Of a DNA stretch of 32,000 nucleotides, positions 26,192 to 32,000 are shown piece after piece. Each line of letters begins with the position of its first letter. Position 1 is the stretch's first letter. Made by a program: the position numbers and the translations under genes. This stretch comes from Candidatus Methylomirabilis oxygeniifera (GTDB lineage: Bacteria > Methylomirabilota > Methylomirabilia > Methylomirabilales > Methylomirabilaceae). The stretch spans positions 1,350,001 to 1,382,000 of the forward strand of contig FP565575.1 of assembly GCA_000091165.1 (NCBI GenBank). Direction: 5' to 3'. Under the pieces are notes generated by a model. It searched no databases and had not been told where the DNA came from. It was given only the letters and a program-made list of their open reading frames with translations.

Positions 26192-26602
26192 GCTCGCTAC
26201 CTATTATGACTGATATTGTGATATTAAACGCCGTTTCCTGAAATTCCGCGCGGCCGTACCAACTACACCCTCACACTCTGCCACAGAACAGCCAAAGCCA
26301 ATAATTAAACAAAAGCTAATATAATTGGGCTCAGCGGCGTGTCAAGAAAAAAATGGCTCCCTTTCAGGTCCTTCCTGAAAACCGGTGAGTGAAGATTGGC
26401 ATATCGGAGGCTTTCGCAGTGCACGCAACGGCGCTGCGTAACGCACCCTCATCCGAGTCCCAATGAGAAAGACAGGAGTCGTTCTAAGATGACTATTTCC
26501 CCTTGACAGGATAGGGAGGATATTACAAGCTAATTCGCACTGGTGCTGAGCGCTGACGGCCTGGGTACAGACGGCGAGTGACTGCAGAGCGGGGGACGGG
26601 CA

Positions 26603-28369
26603 ATGAGACGCGCAGGGGGCTGGACCGGGTGGAGACGGCGCTGTGTGATGTGGCTGCTCCCGGTTGGCGTTATTGTAGGATATGCTCCGCCAGCCTGGGC
26701 TCCGCCAGCCGAGGTGCAGTTTATCCACGCCCAGATCACGAGTACGGAAGACGAAACCTTCGCGCCCTCCCTCAGCGGTGACGGCACTCGGATCGCCTTT
26801 GTCTCCGTTTACGACCTGATCCCCGACAGCCCAGGCAACGCCGACGGCAACCATGAGATCTTCCTCTGGACCACGGGTGTGGGCTTCACCCAGATCACCG
26901 ACACCGCCGGAGGCGCCAGTTTTGAGCCCTCCCTCAGCGCCGACGGTACCAGCATCGCTTTTCGCTCCAACCGCGACTTGACCCCCAACGAGCCAGGCAA
27001 CGCCGACGGCAACTGGGAGATCTTCCTCTGGACCGAAGGCTCCGGCTTCACCCAGATCACCAACACTACCGGAGGCGACAACATCGTTGGAGGCAGCAAC
27101 TCCATGCCCTCCATCAATGCCAACGGTACCCGCATCGCTTTTCGTTCCAGCCGCAACCAGATCTCCGTCGGCTTCGAGGACATCAATCAGGAGATCTTCC
27201 TCTGGACTGAAGAATCGGGCCTCGTCCAGATCACCGACACCATAGGAAGCGCGAGCGACGCACCTTCCATCAACGCCGACGGTACCCGCATCGCCTTTCG
27301 TTCAACCTCCAATCTCATTTTCCCCGGCAGGCCGGGCAACGCCGACGGCAACTATGAGATCTTCCTCTGGACCGAAGGCTCTAGTTTCATACAGATTACC
27401 AACACCACCGGAGGCGCCAGTTTTGAGCCCTCCCTCAGCGCCGACGGCACCCGGATCGCCTTTGTCTCCAACCGCAACCTGACCCCCGACGGCAACCAGG
27501 ACGGTAATGAGGAGATCTTCCTCTGGACTACAGGTGTGGGCTTCACCCAGATCACCAATACCGCCGGAGGCATTAGCCTTGAGCCCTCCCTCAGCGCCGA
27601 CGGCACCCGGATCGCTTTTACTTCCTACAACGACCTGACCCCAGGCAGCCCAGGCAACGCCGACGGCAGTGAGGAGATCTTCCTCTCCACCCAGGCAGAT
27701 ACGACACCCGCTCTCTTCGCCTTCACGGACGCGATCGGCGTCCCGCTCAGCACCGTACAGATTTCCAACGCCATCACGGTTACCGGAATCAACGCCCCCG
27801 CCGCGATGTCCATTGTCGGCGGGGAGTATGAGGTGAACGGCTCCGGGATCTGGAGCAGCAGCCCAAATACGGTGAGTAACGGCAACACGGTTCGGGTCCG
27901 GCATACCTCCGCCGCCACACACGGCACCGCCGTCCACACCACCCTGATCATCGGCGGGGTGGCGGATATCTTCGCCTCAACCACCCTGGTCGGCCCCGCC
28001 GTCGGCCCGGACCTCACGGGGACCTGGGACTCGGTCGGTCAGAGCTGGAGCAAGGGCCGGTACACGCTCCGCGGTACCGTACGCGTCGTCAATCAGGGGA
28101 CCGCAACCGCATCCGCCTCCCGCCTGCGGATTTTCCTGTCCGACGATGCCGTCCTGGATCCTGGGGATGCGCTCCTGAAGGACTCAAAGATCAAGAAGCG
28201 CAAACCCGGGCAAGGGAAAACGAAGGAGCTCAAGGTCAAGCTGAGTGAGGGAGTAAGCGCCGCCGGCAAGTATCTGTTGGCCGTCGTCGACGCGCTCAAT
28301 CGCGTAGCCGAGACCAATGAGGCGAACAATACGCCGATGATCGGGCCAATTCCCTCACCGATCCCCTGA
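26603..28369 (+). CDS. Secreted repeat protein: signal peptide, six TolB-like PD40 beta-propeller repeats, a beta-sandwich domain and a CARDB-like C-terminal domain
   Basis: The N-terminus is MRRAGGWTGWRRRCVMWLLPVGVIVGYAPPAWA|PP. Six copies follow of ..PS(L/I)(S/N)ADGTRIAF.S...L.P..PGNADGN.EIFLWT.G.GF.QITNT.GG (about 26759-27693). The C-terminus, about 28007-28335 (DLTGTWD...VRVVNQGTATA...KYLLAVVDALNRVAETNEANN), looks CARDB-like. GGGGGA precedes ATG 26603. Confidence 0.85.
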   Translation: MRRAGGWTGWRRRCVMWLLPVGVIVGYAPPAWAPPAEVQFIHAQITSTEDETFAPSLSGDGTRIAFVSVYDLIPDSPGNADGNHEIFLWTTGVGFTQITDTAGGASFEPSLSADGTSIAFRSNRDLTPNEPGNADGNWEIFLWTEGSGFTQITNTTGGDNIVGGSNSMPSINANGTRIAFRSSRNQISVGFEDINQEIFLWTEESGLVQITDTIGSASDAPSINADGTRIAFRSTSNLIFPGRPGNADGNYEIFLWTEGSSFIQITNTTGGASFEPSLSADGTRIAFVSNRNLTPDGNQDGNEEIFLWTTGVGFTQITNTAGGISLEPSLSADGTRIAFTSYNDLTPGSPGNADGSEEIFLSTQADTTPALFAFTDAIGVPLSTVQISNAITVTGINAPAAMSIVGGEYEVNGSGIWSSSPNTVSNGNTVRVRHTSAATHGTAVHTTLIIGGVADIFASTTLVGPAVGPDLTGTWDSVGQSWSKGRYTLRGTVRVVNQGTATASASRLRIFLSDDAVLDPGDALLKDSKIKKRKPGQGKTKELKVKLSEGVSAAGKYLLAVVDALNRVAETNEANNTPMIGPIPSPIP

Positions 28370-28660
28370 CCGGGCGCCGCGCGCGGACACGGTGTGCGGT
28401 AGGAGTCAGGGGTATTTGCGTAGGATTTGATCCCGCCGGCGGTCCTTCGGTTTCTACATCCTGCACATTCCACCATCGTCTGCTGCCCGGTCATGCTGCG
28501 CGAGTCCACTACGCGCCGGCCGACCCAGAGCGCAGCGTAATGACGCTCCCGTCGGGCTCGACAAGGCTATTGCCCATGACATGCCTTTCTGCTATCTTTG
28601 CCTGGTAAGGTTCGTCCGGCCTGGACGCGACAACGCATGTCTATCCAAGCGGGCAAGAAC

Positions 28661-28700
28661 GGTGAGATTGCCGCGCTCCCTTTGTTCGCTCGCACGTGAT
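28661..28700. repeat. R1 element, copy C (single arm only)
   Basis: GGTGAGATTGCCGCGCTCCCTTTGTTCGCTCGCACGTGAT. Its first 19 nt are identical to the copy A right arm, and the 3' end is degenerate. It lies 13 nt upstream of the purN ATG. Confidence 0.7.
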
Positions 28701-28712
28701 CCGTGGGAAAAC

Positions 28713-29381
28713 ATGAAACGGCAACTGAAACTCGGCGTGCTGGCCTCCGGTCGAGGGAGCAACCTTGAGGCGATCATCGAAGCCGGTGAAGCCGGAACAG
28801 TTGACGCACTCGTCGTCATCGTCGTGAGCGACGTGGCGGATGCCCGCGCGTTGGAGCTGGCTCGAAGGCATAGGATCGAAGCCGTATTCGTTGATCCGCG
28901 CCTGTGCGCGACAAGCGAAGAGTTTGAGGCGGCGGTTATCGACCTGCTGCGCAAGTACGACGTCGAGTTGGTCTGCCTGGCCGGGTTCATGCGACTGTTG
29001 AGTCCCCATTTTATTCGGACGTATCGGAACAACATTATGAATATCCACCCTGCACTCCTTCCTGCCTTCCCAGGGCTGCACGCCCAGCGCCAAGCGATTC
29101 GGTACGGCGCGAAGATCTCCGGCTGTACGGTGCACTTTGTAGACGAGGGAGTCGACACCGGCCCCATCATCATCCAGGCCGTTGTCCCCGTGCTGGATGA
29201 GGACACCGAAGAGATCCTCTCCGCTCGCATTCTCACATGCGAACACCGGATCTATCCACGAGCGATCCAACTCTTTGCTGAAGGACGGCTGAAGATGCGT
29301 GATCGCCGGGTACTCTGCCATGAGGGAACGGACATCCCGCAGCAACATGAACAGCAGGTCTGGGGAGCAATAAATCCGTGA
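28713..29381 (+). CDS. purN: Phosphoribosylglycinamide formyltransferase
   Basis: MKRQLKLGVLASGRGSNLEAII, CLAGFMRLL and NIHPALLPAFPG are present. The start is set at ATG 28713. The track start 28581 would read through the R1 repeat. Confidence 0.92.
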   Translation: MKRQLKLGVLASGRGSNLEAIIEAGEAGTVDALVVIVVSDVADARALELARRHRIEAVFVDPRLCATSEEFEAAVIDLLRKYDVELVCLAGFMRLLSPHFIRTYRNNIMNIHPALLPAFPGLHAQRQAIRYGAKISGCTVHFVDEGVDTGPIIIQAVVPVLDEDTEEILSARILTCEHRIYPRAIQLFAEGRLKMRDRRVLCHEGTDIPQQHEQQVWGAINP

Positions 29382-30982
29382 CGATTTCGAACGAGCCTAC
29401 AGGCGATACAGGGTTGGTGCAGGTTCGGCGAGCCCTGATCAGCGTCTCTGATAAGACCGGGCTGGTTGAGCTGGCGTCGGCCTTACACAGTCTATCCATT
29501 CAGATCGTCTCTACCGGCGGGACGGCTGGCGCCCTGCGGGACGCCAACATTCCGGTCGTTGATGTGGCCGACATCACCGGCTTTCCTGAAATGCTGGACG
29601 GCCGGGTCAAGACACTCCACCCAAAGATTCATGCCGGAATCCTAGCCAGACGTTCGCTGCCTGAACATCAGCGCCGACTGAACGAACTCGGTATCCCACC
29701 CATCGATCTTGTGGTCGTCAACCTGTACCCCTTCGAGGCCACCGTTGCCAAAGCGAACGTTTCATTCGAAGAGGCGATCGAACAGATCGATATCGGTGGG
29801 CCAAGCCTCATCCGGGCTGCGGCAAAGAATTTCGAGGATGTGGCGGTCGTCGTTGATCCCGCCGATTACGCCGCAGCGACTGCAGAGTTGCAGCAAAAGC
29901 ACAGTGCACTCTCTCGGAGTTGTCGATTACATTTGGCAACAAAAGCATTCGCGCACGTGGCCCGTTACGATGCGTTGATCACCGCGTATCTGGAGCGACA
30001 ATCGGGTGGAGCAGGCCGACCCCTGCTCCCTGATGTACTCGATCTTCGTCTTGTCAGAGTGCAGCCACTCCGGTACGGTGAGAACCCGCACCAGCAGGCT
30101 GCCCTGTATGGCAACCTCCTTGCCGGCGAGCCGTCTGTGGTGCGGGCGAAGCAGCTTCAGGGGAAGGAACTGTCGTTTAATAATCTGCTGGACCTCGATG
30201 CGGCCTTTACGACGGCTGGAGGATTCGACGAGCCTGTCGCCGTCATTGTCAAACATTCGAATCCCTGCGGTGTCGGTATCGGTTCCCGGCTGAGCGAGGC
30301 GTATCGGCGCGCCCTGGCTGCGGATCCGACCTCGGCCTTCGGCGGAATCCTCAGCCTGAACCGCCAGGTGGATGCCGAGACTGCGCGCGAACTCGCCGCC
30401 ACCTTCGTGGAAGCGATTATTGCTCCAGGGTACCATGAAGCTGCGCTCGCCATTCTGAAGGACAAGAAAGCGCTTCGGCTTTTACAGATTGAGCCGTGGT
30501 CGGACCCAACGCCCTCCGATCAGGCGGTCCTGGAGCTGCGGCCGATCGTAGGTGGGATGTTGGCGCAGCAACGTGACCAGGTCGATCTCGACCCAGCCAC
30601 TCTCCGGATCATGACCCGCCGTCAGCCCACTGACACTGAAATGCGGGCGCTTCGGTTTGCCTGGAAGGTGGCGAAGCATGTGAAGTCAAACGCGATCGTC
30701 CTTTCGCGCGAGTATGCCACAGTAGGAATCGGCGCCGGGCAAATGAGCCGCGTTGACGCCTGTCGATTGGCCATCATGAAGGCCGTCTCATCCACGAAGG
30801 GAACGGTCCTCGCATCCGACGCTTTCTTTCCGTTTCGAGACGGAGTGGATGTGGCGGCGGAGGCCGGCGTCACCGCGATTATCCAACCTGGCGGCTCCAT
30901 CCGCGATGCTGAGGCCGTTCAAGCGGCGGATGAGGCCGGCATCGCGATGGTCTTCACCGGGATTCGACACTTCCGACACTAA
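29378..30982 (+). CDS. purH: Bifunctional AICAR formyltransferase / IMP cyclohydrolase
   Basis: 534 aa. It has an MGS-like N-terminus (RRALISVSDKTGLVELA, VKTLHPKIHAGIL) and an AICARFT body (KHSNPCGV, AFGGILSLN, IIQPGGSIRD). GTG 29378 overlaps the purN TGA as GTGA. Confidence 0.93.
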   Translation: MTISNEPTGDTGLVQVRRALISVSDKTGLVELASALHSLSIQIVSTGGTAGALRDANIPVVDVADITGFPEMLDGRVKTLHPKIHAGILARRSLPEHQRRLNELGIPPIDLVVVNLYPFEATVAKANVSFEEAIEQIDIGGPSLIRAAAKNFEDVAVVVDPADYAAATAELQQKHSALSRSCRLHLATKAFAHVARYDALITAYLERQSGGAGRPLLPDVLDLRLVRVQPLRYGENPHQQAALYGNLLAGEPSVVRAKQLQGKELSFNNLLDLDAAFTTAGGFDEPVAVIVKHSNPCGVGIGSRLSEAYRRALAADPTSAFGGILSLNRQVDAETARELAATFVEAIIAPGYHEAALAILKDKKALRLLQIEPWSDPTPSDQAVLELRPIVGGMLAQQRDQVDLDPATLRIMTRRQPTDTEMRALRFAWKVAKHVKSNAIVLSREYATVGIGAGQMSRVDACRLAIMKAVSSTKGTVLASDAFFPFRDGVDVAAEAGVTAIIQPGGSIRDAEAVQAADEAGIAMVFTGIRHFRH

Positions 30983-30985
30983 ATA

Positions 30986-31062
30986 CAGGGTTCAGGATAT
31001 AGGGTGTAGGGAAAAACTAAGGCTTTGCGTCTACCCTAGACCCTAAACCCAACACCCTATAC
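30986..31062. repeat. R2 element, copy B: inverted heptamer arrays GGGTNNA / TNNACCC
   Basis: The left arm reads GGGTTCA GGATATA GGGTGTA GGGAAAA (30988-31015). The right arm has CCC runs at 31034, 31041, 31048 and 31055 (exact 7-nt period). TATAGGGTGT (left) pairs with ACACCCTATA (31051-31060). It fills the purH-purD gap. Confidence 0.85.
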
Positions 31063-31076
31063 TCTTAGGGGGGTGC

Positions 31077-32000
31077 ATGCAGATTCTTGTGATCGGCTCT
31101 GGCGGCCGGGAACACGCGCTCGTATGGAAGATCGCTCAGAGCTCGAAGGCTACGAAGATCTGGGCCGCGCCGGGAAACGCCGGGATGGGCAATGTGGCCG
31201 AGTGCGTCCGGATCAGCGCCTCCGACATCCGGCTCCTGGCCGACTTTGCCGAACGGGAACGGATCGATCTCACCGTTGTGGGGCCGGAGCTCCCGCTCAC
31301 CCTCGGTATTGTGGATGAATTCGAGCGCCGCGGCCTTCGCATCTTCGGACCGCGGAAAGATGCCGCCATCGTCGAGGGGAGCAAGGTCTTCGCCAAAAGT
31401 TTCATGAAGAAGCATCATATCCCTACCGGCTTTTTCCAGACATTCGACCGACCAGACGAGGCCAAGCGATATATTAAAGAGATCGGCGCCCCCCTGGTCG
31501 TGAAGGCCGATGGTCTGGCGGCAGGAAAGGGTGTCATCGTCTGCTTCGAGTTAGCCGAAGCCCTGGATGCGGTCGAGAAGATCATGGAAGAGCGCCTCTT
31601 CGGCGACGCCGGTGAGCGGATTGTCGTTGAGGAGTATCTGGAGGGAGAAGAGATTTCCTTCCACGCGTTGACTGATGGAGACGCCGTCTTGCCGCTGGCG
31701 TCGTCTCAGGATCATAAGCGCGTGTTCAATGATGATCAGGGTCCTAATACGGGCGGCATGGGCGCCTACTCTCCCGCACCGATCATCACCGAGTCGATGC
31801 AAAAGCAGATCATGGATCGGATTATGATCCCGGCTATCACAGGGATGGCGACCGAAGGGCGACCATATAAAGGTGTTCTGTATGCCGGTCTGATGATCAG
31901 TACGGGCGGGATCAAGGTACTCGAGTTTAACGCGAGACTCGGCGATCCCGAGGCACAGGCGCTGCTCCTGCGGATGAAATCCGACCTGATTCCGCTGCTG
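31077..32000 (+). CDS. purD: Phosphoribosylamine--glycine ligase, N-terminal ~308 codons; continues past the right window edge
   Basis: Absent from the ORF track because it has no stop inside the window. My translation from ATG 31077 reads MQILVIGSGGREHALVWKIAQSSKATKIWAAPGNAGM...VVKADGLAAGKGV...SSQDHKRVFNDDQGPNTGGMGAYSPAP...VLEFNARLGDPE. These are classic PurD motifs, and the frame stays open to base 32000. Confidence 0.92.
   Translation, partial: MQILVIGSGGREHALVWKIAQSSKATKIWAAPGNAGMGNVAECVRISASDIRLLADFAERERIDLTVVGPELPLTLGIVDEFERRGLRIFGPRKDAAIVEGSKVFAKSFMKKHHIPTGFFQTFDRPDEAKRYIKEIGAPLVVKADGLAAGKGVIVCFELAEALDAVEKIMEERLFGDAGERIVVEEYLEGEEISFHALTDGDAVLPLASSQDHKRVFNDDQGPNTGGMGAYSPAPIITESMQKQIMDRIMIPAITGMATEGRPYKGVLYAGLMISTGGIKVLEFNARLGDPEAQALLLRMKSDLIPLL

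Noticed and set aside
26503-26531. TTGACA followed by TATTAC as a promoter for the PD40 gene
   Set aside because: The spacing between the hexamers is only about 12 nt, far from the 16-18 nt optimum, so I did not call it.
27302-28017. Minus-strand ORFs (211 aa, 130 aa and others) inside the PD40 repeat gene, and the apparent DNA tandem repeat there
   Set aside because: The ~160-nt periodicity is explained by the six protein blades on the plus strand. The antisense ORFs simply inherit the repeat. The region is not a CRISPR array or a satellite.
28370-28712. Possible purine/ZTP-type riboswitch in the 343-nt gap upstream of purN-purH
   Set aside because: I could not find the conserved ZTP (pfl) or purine riboswitch core sequences by eye. 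The gap contains an R1 repeat arm instead. A covariance-model scan would be needed to exclude one formally.
28592-29348. Minus-strand ORFs of 214 and 235 aa antisense to purN
   Set aside because: purN motifs on the plus strand are unambiguous, and the antisense translations carry no motif.
1-32000. Search for a CRISPR array, tRNA/rRNA, integrase/transposase, toxin-antitoxin or known defence genes
   Set aside because: No direct-repeat/spacer architecture, no cloverleaf-like or rRNA-like segment, and no recombinase, nuclease or toxin motifs were seen in any translated frame. The repeats present are heptamer arrays and palindromic elements, not CRISPR.

Overview
Gene-dense bacterial chromosomal DNA, roughly 60% G+C by eye. 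The ORF track treats GTG/TTG as start codons. I see no rRNA, tRNA, CRISPR array, transposase, integrase or phage gene. Bases 1-20943 are one uninterrupted minus-strand array of 22 genes. Read right to left: short NuoG-like protein, NuoB, NuoI-like, TrxB | MoeA, ApgM-type mutase, radical SAM (SPASM/twitch-like), flippase-like membrane protein | IscS, A-type Fe-S carrier, a second NuoB, NuoI | YjbQ-family, VIT1/CCC1 transporter, FdhD, PHP phosphoesterase | LipA, PDH E1alpha, E1beta, E2, E3, LipB (partial, not in the ORF track). From 21297 the plus strand carries a frameshifted CBS-pair gene, korAB (2-oxoacid:ferredoxin oxidoreductase) and thyX. Next comes an accessory-looking islet: a minus-strand pentapeptide-repeat protein, a 411-nt non-coding gap, and a secreted 6x PD40 + CARDB-like protein. 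The window ends with purN-purH-purD (purD partial, not in the ORF track). This is mostly core metabolism; I found no recognisable defence, toxin or mobile system. Four things are not explained by ordinary annotation. (i) There are two orphan nuoB-nuoI pairs, one with a short nuoG and trxB, one behind iscS-iscA, and no other complex I gene. (ii) There is a tightly coupled ApgM-like / radical SAM / possible 60-codon ORF / flippase-like operon. (iii) There are three families of intergenic repeats; two are inverted arrays of tandem heptamers (GGGTNNA with G-quadruplex-type spacing, and GCTGANN). (iv) A 1-nt frameshift in a GGGG run splits the CBS gene. All functional calls come from motif recognition in the translations; no database search was possible. 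The lineage cannot be determined from here; an uncultured NC10/Nitrospirota-like bacterium would fit the gene content, but that is a guess.
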